A model generated the notes under the pieces. It was not told where the DNA came from. It did no database searches and saw only the letters and a list, made by a program, of their open reading frames with translations. A stretch of 64,000 nt of DNA from Lingula anatina (Eukaryota; Animalia; Brachiopoda), in assembly GCA_051362555.1 (NCBI GenBank), contig CM120642.1, forward strand, positions 29,264,001-29,328,000, read 5' to 3'. Made by a program: the position numbers and the translations under genes. Within the stretch, counting starts at the first letter, position 1. Every line of letters starts with the position of its first letter. Positions 47,895-61,700 of the stretch are shown here, one piece after another.

Positions 47895-50800
47895 AAACTT
47901 ATTTGCAATATTAAACAAAATTTACCTGCATAATTATCACTGCTTCCTTATTATTAATCTAGCAAAGAGCTTTACCTTTGGGAGTTTACAGGGAAATATC
48001 AACAAGTGTGCTTTACGTAATCTCATTTAATGGCCTATAAAGCAAATGACTTTATAACTCTGAAATTAATCTAGTGATACCCAAGGGTAATTTACAGACT
48101 GACCCACTCAAAGGTCTTCAGGCCCATAAGTCACACCTTAAGAAAAGCACAAAACCATAATGCCCAAAATAGGAGAATACCAATCCTGATGCAATAATAC
48201 ATTATGTTTAACTGCACAGTCAACATCAACTTATGCACAACAGGTAACACAGACGAAAGTAAAAGCATAAGGCTTCAGGCCCATCAGAGTTCAAGTTTAT
48301 ACTTAGAAAGTGCCAGATTGAGAAAAATGAAAATTTCACAAAAAATGCATAAATACAATAAACATGATAATCCAATAGAGCTGGTTTTCTCATGAGCTGA
48401 AGGCCAATCCTAAAAATCGTACTTGTAAGTTTAAAATTATAATAAGTAGCACAGTTTTCTTTTCATAATGTTTGCAGTAGCAGTGCGAAAAGATTGTCAA
48501 TTTTGATGTAACATTACATAATAAATTAGAGAATAATTATCACCAATTTTTGTTTATTGACTATAAATAGGATGGACATGTAGAAAATATGATTACCATT
48601 TGGCTTCATGTCCATGGGAGCTCCGAGTCCCACAATGAATATGCCAAAAAAGATAATGAATATAACACTAAAATGTATAACTTCCAGAAAAAGAAGCCAA
48701 TTAGACTGCTTTTCTAACTCAGGCTGCATTTTAGTCCTGTGTTTCTTTTTTGAAAGTTTGACAGTCATAAGTAACATGGTTTTTCCATAATGGTCATCAA
48801 GGCAGCAGCACCAAAAATTGTGTTTTCTTCTATTTTGATGCAACATTACATAATGCTTAACAGCATAATGACCATCGATTTTTAATAATAAAATATAAGT
48901 GTCATGGATTTTCACAAAATGTGACTAGCACGGGCCTTCAAGCCCGTGGAGGTTCTAAGTCGCACCTTGGAAATGTCAATATGTGAAAAATTAAATTTTC
49001 ACAAAAAACTGTTTAATTGCCAGAAAAATTTACCAAACAGACTGCATTGCCTACTGAAGCTGTATTTTAGACCCATGTTTCTTTCCTGTAAGTTTGAGAA
49101 CAGTAATTGACATGATTTTTGTTAAATGGTCATCATGGGAGCAGTGCCCAAAATAGGGGTTTCTTCAAATTTTGATGCAACATTACATAATGTTTAACAG
49201 CATAATGACCATCAATTTTTAATTATAAAATATTAGTATCACGGATATTCAGGAAATGTGACAAGCAAAGGTCGTCAGGATCATGGAACTTCAAAGTCAC
49301 ACCTTGAAAATGCCAATAAGTGAAAAATTAAATTTTCACAAAAAACTGTTTAATTGCCAGAAAAATTTACCAAACAGACTGCATTGCCTACTGGAGCTGT
49401 ATTTTAGTCCCATGTTTCTTTCCTGTAAGTTTGAGAACAGTAAGTGACATGATTTTCCTTAAATGGTCATCTTGGGAGCAGTGCCCAAAATAGGGGTTTC
49501 TTCAAATTTTCATGCAATATTACATAATGTTTTACAGCATAATGACCATCAATTTTTAATTATAAAATATTAGTATCATGGTTATTCAGAAAATGTGACT
49601 AGCAAAAGCCTTCAGGCCCATGGAACTTCAAAGTCACATATTGAAAATGCCAAAATGTAAACAATACAGCACTGTTCTGAAATGGGTTTATTTCCATTTT
49701 TAACACTTTTTAAACATAAAACAAAATAAACAGTTTACTGCCATTTTTATATGACCAATGAAGAAAATTGATGAGATGGGAAAAGTATCAATAGAACAGT
49801 TTTAAATGCCCAACTTCCTCCATTCTGAGATTCTGAACATAGTGGATGAATGCATCTGACAAACTGCAATGATATGAGTTTATTTCCATTTTTGACACTT
49901 TATTACACAATACATGATAACAAGTTTACCATCATTTTTACAAAATCAACTAACAATGTTGTAAAGATGCAGGAAATGCCAAACAAACACATTTACGTAT
50001 CTTATTAGTTCAATAATGAGACTGTTAACATGCCTAAGAATTGAATGTGAGGAAATGTGAAAAAACAGCATTACCTTTTAAAATAATGGACTGATTATGC
50101 TGATTTTCAAACTCAACCTGCGTTTTAGTAAGATTGGCCCCTCCTGTGAGTATAATGACAATTGGCCAATCTGTTTTTCTTATATTGTGTTATCAGTGTT
50201 GCATATATACTGAAAAAAGTGAAAAAAAAACAGCATAAATGCCCTATAAGTGACCCGATCGTGCTGATTTTCAAACTTGACCTGCGTATTATGAATATTT
50301 ATCAGTTCTGTAAGTTTCAAGCCAAAGGGTAAAACAGCTCTTCATTTATTGTGTTATCAGTGTTGCAAAAATGCTGAAAAAAAGTGAAAAAATAGCCTAA
50401 ATTCACTAAAAATGACCCAATCATGCTGATTTTCGAACTTGACCTGCGTATTATGAATATTCATCAGTTCTGTAGGTTTCAAGCCAAAAGGTCAAATGGT
50501 TTTCCATTTATGGTGTTATCGGTGCTGCATATATGCTGAAAAAAGAGAAAAAATAGCCTAAATTCACTAAAAATGACCCAATCACGCTGATTTTCGAACT
50601 TGACCTGCGTATTATGAATATTCATCAGTTCTGTAAGTTTCAAGCCAAAAGGTAAAATGGTTTTCCACTTATCGTGTTATCGGTGCTGCATATATGCTGA
50701 AAAAAGTGAAAAAACAGCATAAATTCCCTATAAGTGACCCGATCATGCTGATTTTCGAACTCGACCTGCGTATTATGAATATTCATCGGTACTGTAAGTT

Positions 50801-51590
50801 TCAAATCAAAAGGCAAAAATGGTTTTCCACTTATCGTGTTATCGGTAAAAGTGCACGGCGACGGCGACGGCGGCGACGACGGCGACAGCGACGACGGCGA
50901 CGGCGACGACAGACGCAGATGATGGCTATATGTACAGACACATCTGTGTCTGTACATAATAAAATCAAAGTCACTATACAGTGTCACCTTAATGCAGGGA
51001 GCACTGTCCTATGCTATTTATCCAAACAACCTTCCTGTCCACAAACCTTATAATGTGAATTGGGAAATGTTACTGACCTTATCTTCAATCTATTCTAAAA
51101 TCTGAAAACCCTTCCAAATGCCCTTTGTAGTCAGATTCACCACTTGCTGATCTTGAATATTGAAACATATTTCATTACTAGAAGTTTTAAAATGATTTAA
51201 ATTTATTTATCACATTTGATATGATAGCAATACACAATTCATCTATAATTGACAGCAGCAGAAAAATTCTTGTAATTACACTTTTTAAAAACTAAGAATT
51301 ATGTGGGTAATCTCACTGAAATAAAAAATGGGGGGGGAGGCATCATCTATACAATATTAATTTAATTCGACAAATGACAGAAAAATTACTTGCTGATTAT
51401 GCATTGTACTTCCCCTAGGTTGGTTTTAAACTGGTCATAAAATATTGAATAAAAATAAATAACATGAATTTCACATAAGAAAGACAGAAAATGAAATTGA
51501 CTGATGAATATATAATTACCTTCTAAATTTCCAAACCAAAATGACAAAACAGTGCATGTAGTGCCCATTCTTAAGAGGCCTTAATGATGT

Positions 51591-54500
51591 TCAACTAGAA
51601 GATCTCATCTGCAAACAGTAGATGTAGTCATCTCTGCATCCTACCAGAATCTTGTCCCCAAACACAACAGGAGAAGAGAACACTTCCCCTGGGAGATTAT
51701 ACTGAGAGAAGCAGGTGCCATCTTCAAGTGCTAACAAGTACAAGGAACCATTGGTCGCGCAGACGCACACAAAGTTTTCATATGTTTCAAAATTTTTAAC
51801 GTTCTTGCAGATGTTTCCAGGCTTTTCTGATGTGTTAGGGATTTCATTTGAATTGTCAATGAGTTTCGGCACAATTTCAGTTTTTAACACTGGGAACACA
51901 AAAGGTGTGGAATACACCTGAGAACTGGTCTTCATTTTCCACCTCAGTGTGGGGGCATCTGATGGTAAACAATAAACATAATGATCATGTGATCCAAAGA
52001 TGATCAGTTCTGTTTTTCTGTCATCAGATTGATGGATACAGGGATTGGAAAATATTGGACCACTTGTACTGTAAGACCAAAGCTGAAAAAAAAGTTTAAC
52101 TTCAATCCATGCATTGTTATAAAGATACATATAACCATTACACAGTTCAGTAACTAAACAGTGAAAAGGTATACAGTACATTGTCTTTTGACAAATCTGG
52201 ACAAAGTAAACACATTTCCTTTTCAAATTTCAATCAACATGTATGCTAACTAAATGTGGTAGAAAAAATCAGATACAATAAGTAATCAGCCAGTTTTTAT
52301 GTCAAGAGCATCAAACAGCAAACTTAGGTTCAAGTTACGCCAAGAGAACCATATCAAATTTGCTGATATCTCTATAAGTATTTAGATTCATTAAGTGAAG
52401 TAAAAGCTACGACCACAAAGGAGAAGTAAAATGTGCTTAGGCCAAGTACATTGCAAACTAATAGGTATCTGTTAACCAGCTGCTTCCTACCATTTTTCCA
52501 TTATAATCTATGTGATACAATTTTCCATTGACACAACCTATGCATACTCCTTCCTGAGTGAGAGCAGGCGAGGAGAAAAATGGCTTGGTATCGGATTTAT
52601 CATAAAACATCCAATTAACTCTGCCCGTATCCTGCAAATAAATCTACATTTAGCTTGGCAAATGAAAGGACAAATGATAAAAGCAATTGCAAAGAGCATA
52701 AAGTTACCTTAAAACCATTTGACTGCATTACTATTATTACTCACAATACAGTGAAAGTAGGTGTTGGTGCAATTATCATGAGTTGAAACAAATGTCTGTA
52801 TTTTTAAGCATTCACCTTTTCTGCAATGAAATAATGGACCCCTCCTCCCTCTTACCAACAAGGTCAGATACCCTTTATAACACTGTTTTTTAAAATTATA
52901 TTTATATTCAATCATTCATTCATTTTTCTATCATTTACTGGCTTTGTTCACTAACACATAAAAAATATTTTTAAAAATTATTCTTGATTTTGTTCATTTA
53001 TATAAGGAAATAAAATAAAAGATTAGTTTACCAAATCATCATCATCAAACAAATTAACAAATCACAAGACCTAGTAAATGAGGGTTCAACTTACTGCAGA
53101 CAGCTTGACTACTGTTCCTGCTAGTGTGGCAGCATAGACATGGCAGGAGTCAGGTGATACTACAGGAGACGAGAACACACTGCCTTCACCAAGGTCTCGC
53201 TTCCAAGCACACTGTTGGGACTGGGAAAGGAAAATGTGTTGTTGTTATTATTATTGGTGGGTGCCTGCGTGTGCATGTTTATATGTGTGTGTGTGTATGC
53301 ATGCGTGCATGTATGCGTGTGTGTGTGTGTGAGTGTGCAAAATATTCACACGTATAAAAATCCAAGGACCCAGCCTGCTGACATTAAAACCACAATAAGA
53401 AGTTATTATAACATAATAAAAGGTATACTGATTATTGTTACTGCCACATTGCATTCTGCTGGTTTTCAACTACTGTATATCTTTACATGCTTCTTTACAT
53501 ATATAGAGAGCATATTAGCATAGTCATTTATACATGTAATCTATGACCTCTACATCCAATACATGTATAGAGATTTTGAAATAGGTGTAGCTATAGCCTT
53601 TATACAGATTTCAAGTTGTCTTGACCTAAATTTATTTTTTAGTGTTCTAAGCATACAAATACAAATTATTAATATAACTGATTTTTCATGTTGTCTTCTA
53701 TTCTCACCACAAAGCAACCCTCACCTTGATATCCAGACCATACAAATGGTGATCATGTGAACCCACATACACCAAAGCATTCACAGGATTTACACATGGG
53801 GAACTTTTTACTGGCCCCGATGTCTTAAACTGCCACCAGATGTCTCCACTCAAAGCATCCAAGACATAAACAGCATGGTTGTAACATCCTAGTAGTGAAT
53901 AAAGAAGATAAAATCAGAGAAATAAACCACAAATAACAGATTTACACAGTTCTAAAATTCAAAATTCCCCGGACTAGTTAGTCCATGGATCAATTGGTTG
54001 TGAATGCCCCCTACAACAATAAAACATCTTCTTTTCTCTTCTGTATTTGGATGACTTTAACTTGACCAAGAAACTGAGGAAGTTATTCACATAAAAGGAA
54101 ATGGGACTGAGTATAGGTATCAATTATTGAAGCCCCTTCAGATTAATCTTAGTCAAGAAATTGATGAACCCAATATATCATCCAAATAAGAATTAATGAC
54201 AGCAGAAAGTAACAGTTAATCATAATTTCTGCAAAATTATTTTTCTTATGCCGTAAAAATAATTTAATGCAAAATACATTTCAAGATATGTGAAAAGACG
54301 CGTGCTTTGCTATTTGTATTTATTAAGTTTTAACTCACCAACAATGACATAATTCCCACAAGATGACAGGCAAGGTGATGACTCAATTCTGTCCCCTAGC
54401 TCTCTGTCCCAGTGAACATTCCCAGTATGTAAATCTATGGCAGAGACCCTGTGTGAGTGAGAGCCTATGAAGACTTGTCCCTGACCTCTACATTACAAAG

Positions 54501-55752
54501 TAAAAGACACATATCAAACAATAAAGTTATCTAAACACAAACTGTTATCATAAATACTTATAACTAGTGAATTCAATGGTCTTATTACAATTTTTTCGTT
54601 TAAATATCTCTCAGAACTGCATTCAAATAACAGTATTCAGATTATGTTTTTTTCATTAGCCCAGATTTTCTTAATTAGCATATGGCAAAAATATACTTCG
54701 GCTAGTATGGGCCTTGTACCTGTCTCTTAAAACCAGTAGTGGAGAAGCATCAACACACTTCCCTGTGTCATATTTCCAGCCTTCAACTACCTCTGGTCTT
54801 TTGAGGCTTGGTTTTCTTGGTGAAGATAACTTTTGGAAACTTTGTGCTCCTGTGCTTTCATTGCAGTGAGTTAAATACTTTGATCCCCTTTGAATAGACA
54901 AAATGCCCGTTCCAGGATGCTTAGTGCCACTTCCATTCAGCATCTGAACAAAGTCCGTTTCTTCATTTTGTAATTTTCTTTTTTTTCCAACTTGGCTAAT
55001 TTCTGAGAAATTTCCAGTACCAGACATCTCATTCTGAATCTCATTTTTCATACTTGTGGAAGTAATTAATGAACCTGCTGTCAAGGGTTTGAAAGGATGT
55101 TCCTTAAAAGCATTTGTGCATTTGTCACGTTTATCTCTAGATTGTACATCAACAATTAAAGAACCATGATTGATTTCATTACTGATGTAGTCTTCTATCT
55201 CACTGAATGTCTTGTGTAAAATGGCATCTAACAGAAGTGGAAAGGAAGATTGGAAAACTGTTTCTAATGTCTGTGTCACGTGAACTGCCATTAGGGAGTT
55301 TCCTCCTCTCTCCATCCATCTATCCTTCACATCTGGGAGATGACCAATAACATCCTGAAATAAAAAAACATTTCAAAATATTTTTCACATAAATATCAAG
55401 ATTTATGTCTAATATCATTTGAAAGTTATCGAAAATTTTTAATTAAAAAACTACAATGGGCTGGCCATTCACTTTATGTTCATGTGAACAACGTAATACT
55501 TTAAAAAAGAGAAGTAAAACACAAATTCTTTATGTGCTATTTTATTAATTGCTGAATCAAAATAATCCCCCTTTTAAATAGCCACTTTTGAAGAAGAGGA
55601 AAATATATCATTTTTATGTTTTTACAATTTGTGGTATTCAAACCTTCCAAATTTCTTGAAGCACTTGTTTGACTGTAGAGCCAGATTTGTACTGCCTGCT
55701 TTTTTCAAACTCTGCAAGAAGAGCTTCCTTATCCACTTTACCTTTAAAAAGA

Positions 55753-55785
<33 letters not shown>

Positions 55786-58700
55786 TATTATTATTATTAT
55801 TATTATTATTAGTGTGAAATCCATTAAAATTGTTCAATAGAATTTACAAAATGATTTAAAAAATGAACAAACAATAATTGAATAGTATAAGAAACATTAA
55901 GTACAGAGTTAAAGGTCAGTTTAAAATCCAGTCCATTAAGATATAAACTTTTTTAAAAATTCGTTTTAAGTTCTTTCTTAAAATTGTCAAGAATTTCTAT
56001 AATTCTATAGTTCATTCAAGACTGTTTTAAAACTGGCATAAAACTAATTTCACTGGGTGTGCTGGTTAAGAGGTACACTGAAGTACTTTGAATAAGCAGT
56101 AGTTTATCTATCCATTGCTTGGTGCAACCACAGAGTAATGCATTACAGTAGTTAAGTCGAGACTTAATCACTGCATGTATGACAGTTGCTGGAGATGATT
56201 GATCTGAGTAATATGAATAGCACCAGTGTTTCTGATGTTGAAACTACACCACTAGGTAATCTTTGCAATCTGTCCATCCATAAAAAGTATAGTCTATGTA
56301 AATAATCAGCATGTAAGCATAATTCTGATGACTTATTGTATCAATATAGCAAGTTATAGCCTGATGTGATTTATCAATCATTGTATTGGATGGCAAATAT
56401 TACAGTTCCTTTATCATGTTATCCAAAAACGGATTCAGTCATAAAAACAAAGGAAACTAATAACAAAGTATGGGTGGAATACACTAAAATGAGTCAAGCT
56501 GGCTTAAATGTGTGTTAAAATGCAAGCTGCATTAACTCATAAAAGCACCTGTTTGATGTACACATTTTTCAGATATAATAGCACCCATTGCAAGTGGTAA
56601 AGTGCTTGCTAATCAAATGTCAAATAATCCAAACACTTTAAATATAAATTCTAAAATCTGAAAAACAAACTGATCCAGGAACTTCATAAATTTTCAGAAT
56701 AAATGCCGAAAATAAATAAATAAATAGATACAATAAAATAAAATAAAAAAGGTCATGGAGAAATATAATATGATTGAACATTCAGATCATTTGAATATGT
56801 TACCCACCATGTTTTGTAACTGGTATCTCCCATACCATGTGTATGATGTCTGGTTTGTAATGCAGTGGTAGGTGCTCACTTATTCTCTTCTCTACCTTCT
56901 CAATCAAACCTACTAAATCCCAGTCACCCGGACACTGGATGAACAAATACAGGCCATTTTCTCTATTCAAGGCCACACAGTACAGCCCAGGAAACTGTTG
57001 CTCAGTGAACTAAAAATGGAAAGACGTCTTTGCTCAAGTTATTTAATAAAAAAATGGATTTAAAATGAAAAGTAAGTAATTTGCAGAATCACACTTTTGA
57101 AATAGCTTGACTGAGATTTTATCAGATAATAAAAAATTATCATTCAGCCAATAAAATACATTTATAACGGAAAGGTAATTACAAAATATTCTCTATCTTA
57201 TATCAATGGGAATGATTATTAACTTCAAGATACTGGTCCTGATGCTTTTTCTGACCATAAGAATTCATCAAAAAAATGTTGATTGTAGATTGTTGATTGT
57301 ATTGATTTCTTGTTATAAAATCTTTAAGTTTTCTCTACCTTGGTCAACTCCACCAGATTCAGTCTCTTTCCGTGTCTCTTGATCTGTTCGTCTTTTCTTC
57401 CCTGGTAAACAATTCTGCAGTCTTCCTCCAATCTTACCCAGTCCCCTGTGGCATGCATGGTCGGCATGGCAACCAGATCTAACCTCCATGGACTGGACAT
57501 CTCACTTACGAAGCATCTTCTCTTGCTTCCTCCTGAATGTTACAATAGTTTATTTAACGAAATTATTTAACAAATTGCATTTGATTTAAAATAAAAAACA
57601 AAACAAATCATGTATTGCAAGATCCTGCCTCTTGTTTTTTACATGACAGCTGAATTTACTTTGTTGTATAATATTGTAATTATGGCATGGCTCATAGAAA
57701 TTTCATAGAATGTGAGTGTGAAAAAACACGACAAAGAAAAAATTATATTAGAATTTTGTACAGCTGTAATGCTATTTTTTCTTTTACCTACAAACAGCTG
57801 TCCTTCCCCACCCTGGACAACCACACCAGATGTGTCCAAGACCTGGACTTCTGTGTCCAACATAGGATGACCAAGGGAAACAGCCTGATGTGGAGAACCT
57901 GCCCTGAAAAGCATTTTTGAGACTCAATGTTTTGTTCCAAATGTTTCATACTAATTACACTGGCAATAAACTGTTCTTGCATTGAAAAATCATAACAGAT
58001 CTCTGTCATGGAATCAAGTAATAAGAGTGGCAACTCACCCTAATTCTTCCTCTGTTATTTCCTTCAGCATTGCCCAACATGAGACCTCAGTTATGCCATA
58101 GATATTGTACATTTTGGTCTGGTTCCCCTCAGCCCTCCAGGTTCTCAGTGTTTGTGGAGAGGGGCAGCTCTCACCCCCCAGGACCAGAGCTCTGAGAGAG
58201 GTGTCTTGACTTAACAAACTTGATTGCAGAACCTTGTTGCCAAACCTTGACAAGAACGTGGGTGTTGCCTGAAACGAAAAATTTGCATTTGTTATTTAAT
58301 ATTTTGTTAATGAAAAGAAAAGTACATCTCCAGATGAAGAACAATATTCTCTGAGTCTTCTCTACAGGTCCTGAGCTTCGGTGTAGCTGTCAGTAACTTA
58401 TTCCCCGGTCCAGTTTTTTCTTTCTGTCACCATGAGATATTTTGTTATTAAAAAGTAATAAGAGGGGCATAAGTGCAGCTGTATATGATGAAACTGGTCT
58501 ACACATCCTGAGCCTCAGCTCAAATTATTCCTCTGTTTAGCGCATGTTCTTTGTTACCATTTTAATAATGCTGATATAAAACAGTAACATTTCCCATAGA
58601 CTTTGAAACTTGGGTGCCTCTTAGCACCATATGGTCACTATGTACGGTAAAGTCTTGAAAATTTTGTCGTTCTTGAAAATTTCGTCGGCCGACGATTTTC

Positions 58701-61700
58701 CGCAGACGTAATTTTTTTTCCTTTAAAAACTTCGTCGACCTTGAAAATGAGGTACTCGGTAATTTTTGAAAAGTTCGTCGCCAAATATGGCCGCGTTGTC
58801 CAGCTCAAACATAAAGGTAATGCGTCAGTTGATTCAAGACAATGATACGATCAGGATATCATTGCCGATAACACTCTCAATGGGAGATAGGAACAATAGT
58901 GCGCCCCTGCGAGCGGTCATTCACAATATAGATGGTTTAGATGTGAATTCCCGTTCTCAATTGCGGGAACGTCGGCCTTTTGTCTTTAGTTTTATTACTA
59001 TTACCTGGCTCAAAGCGGTAAATAGAAGTCACAGGCCGCAGCTCTGTCATTTGTAACGCCGTTATTGTTATCGGCGGCTGTCCTAAATGAGGAAGACACA
59101 ATGAAAAAATCAAGATATTATCTCGAAGGGAAATGTACCCGTCACTTCTATTCATGGCCATGTTCAACTTAGGACCATTTAACGATTTCCTGGCTCGAAC
59201 ATGGAGATCGTTCGCAATGCGAATGGGACGAGATGGCAATTTTCATATCTTCAGCGGAGAATCGTTCGCATAATATCGTCAACAGATCGTTCGCGATCCA
59301 AACGAGACGAGAAGAGAATTTTCATATTTGTAGCGGACTCCGTTTGCGTAAGATCATCAGCGGGAGATCGTTTGCGATTCGAGAGAGACAAAAAGGCAAT
59401 CTTTATATCTTCAGCGGGAGATAGTTCGCGATGTAAGCGAGAATAAAATGCACTTTTCATATTAGTTCAAGGGAACTTCGTTCGTGGAAGATCGTCAGCA
59501 GGAGATCATTATTTTAACCCCCCTCCCCCTTTGAATTTTATAAACAACATGTATTTTTCATTTTTTCTTCATCTGAGAATCGTTCGCGTAATATCCTCAG
59601 GACTTTGTTCGCGATGTAAGATCGTCAGAGGGAGTTCGTTCGCGATCCGAGCGAGACGAAAAGGCAATTTTCATATCATCATCGGGAGATCGTTCGCGAT
59701 GTAAGCGAGAATAAAATGCACTTTTCATATTAGTTCAAGGGAACTTCGTTCGTGGAAGATCGTCAGCAGGAGATCATTATTTTAACCCCCCTCCCCCTTT
59801 GAATTTTATAAATAAAATATATTTTTCATTTTTTCTTTAACCCCCCCCCCCCCCCCCCCCACCTTCCCCGCTCACGGCATATCTTCGGCGAAGAATCGTT
59901 TGCGTAATATCGTCAGGACTTTGTTCGCGTGAGATCGTCAGAGGGAGATTGTTCGCGATCCGAGTGAGACGAAAAGGCAATTTTCATATCATCATCGGGA
60001 GATCGTTCGCGATGTAAGCAATAATAAAATGCAGTTTTCATATTAGTTCAAGGAACTTAAATTGCAAATGATCGTCAGCGGGAGCAATTATTTTTACTCC
60101 CTGTAAATTTTTAGGAAGTTACAGATGGTAATTTTAGAAGGCCTGACACTTAATCCTGGGAAAAGCCCTGCATGCAACAAATGTTGCCAAGTGCGTAATT
60201 TTTTTAATATGTCGCATCCAGGTTATGATGCAAGGTTGCAATTAGGCTTAACGTGATCCTTCTCCTCTATCAGGAGGTATGTTTCTTACCGAGAAGATAA
60301 TTCTCAACGTATTTTCGGGTACAGTAAGTTAAATATAACTTAAAAGAGATGCACAAATAAATAGATTATTATTTACCACCAGAAAATGACTTAGGAAGTA
60401 GTAATAAATATCCCACAATATAGGAGGGTCAAAGATAACAGCCGCTAAGGATAAAAGCACAAAGGCCGGATTTTTGAAAATTTCGTCATAACCAGGAGTC
60501 GGGGAGAGGTAATTTTGAAAAATTAGTCGGATTTACACAATTAAAAATATTAATTAATTTTTAAGCGACGAAATTTTCAAGACTTTACCGTAACACAAGG
60601 GTCAGTTTGGATTCAGGCACCAAATGCTAAAAAAACACTATCCTCCAAATAAATACAAATATTCAATTTTCACACCTGCAATATTGTCACTCTATTCCTT
60701 CCACACAGGACTTCCTCACACAGTTTGGGTGCTGCCTTCACAGCATGTGGCACAATGAGAAGTGTGGCGCCAGACCCAAGAGCCAGGAACATCTCAACTA
60801 CACTGGGGTCAAAGGTCAGTGGAGAGGCCATGAAAATCACATCACCAGGACATGGCTTCAGCAGACACCTGTAGAGCAAATTAATATACAAGTCCTTAGC
60901 TGATAGAATTTCTTTAAATATAAATAAGCACAACTTTTGGATATGTTTTGCTGTATGACTTCATCAACAACCTAAAAAATGGATTAAATGCCTTCGGGGT
61001 CAAAAGCTCTTACTGGTATCTTCATAACACATTTAAAAACAGCATGAGTATTTACTTTAATAACATTATGGGTATGTATCTTTGTAAAGTTCTTTGTATC
61101 ATCTTTTGGAAAATTCTATTTTATAGCACTCACTTCAAGTCTGTAATATTTGGCATAATGCAGCTGTGTGGCACATAGACCAGTTTAGGAATGCCAGTTG
61201 TTCCTGATGTAGTAATCACATAGGCAAGGTCTTGTATTGGACAAGGGCAGGCTGGAGCCCCCTCTATATGAAAAAGTGAGAAACTGGGCTTCTGCAGGGT
61301 GCTACACTGTGTCTTGAACTCTGTCAATTTGGTCTCACTCAGAATTTTCTATGAAGCAAATTATATTAGGAATTGAAATTCAAGCAATCTGAAGTGTTAG
61401 AATTTAAAGAAACAACTTTCAGTGAAACCTTTAATCAGACAACAATCCACACTCATCATCTTTTCGATTAGAAATGAATAAGGACTCAAAATATATGTTC
61501 AAATTCAAGTTAAATGAGCAACATTTATAATTGCTTTATAAAACCATCATTGTGCTTGATTACAGAATCTTTGTAACTCTGTTTACTAAGTTTCAAGAGA
61601 AATATTAACTTTACTTTATTTGATAACTGAATCTTGTATTTCTTCTAAGAATTACATTTTTGAAGCTCATATCATTTTCTGCTTACCTCCTGGACAGATG

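Larger units (their letters stand above)
42720..50850 (+). repeat. Interrupted arrays of a 161-bp tandem unit (roughly 15-20 copies) plus an about 337-bp tandem unit (48700-49650)
   Basis: Unit ...CATGCTGATTTTCGAACTTGACCTGCGTATTATGAATATTCATCAGTTCTGTAAGTTTCAAGCCAAAAGGTAAAATGGTTTTCCACTTATCGTGTTATCGGTG...; GCTGAAAAAA recurs at 43455, 43616, 43777 and at 50535, 50696. Confidence 0.92.
38078..50960 (+). mobile_element. Island of concatenated/nested non-autonomous Helentron-type (HINE/DINE-1-like) elements
   Basis: 5' ends (A)ACAAGGCAGCAAAGCTGTCAAATGTACAGAC at 38536 and 46966 (degenerate copy at 38078). 3' ends are a (GACGGC)n microsatellite plus a 14-bp-stem hairpin TATGTACAGACACA-TC-TGTGTCTGTACATA at 44006-44035, 44553-44582 and 50929-50958. 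The ATGTACAGAC subterminal inverted repeat is shared by both ends. One apparently complete copy spans 46966-50960. Confidence 0.8.

Noticed and set aside
42720-50850. Regularly spaced repeats as a CRISPR-like array
   Set aside because: The units are head-to-tail 161-bp copies with no unique spacers, there are no cas genes, and the DNA is eukaryotic
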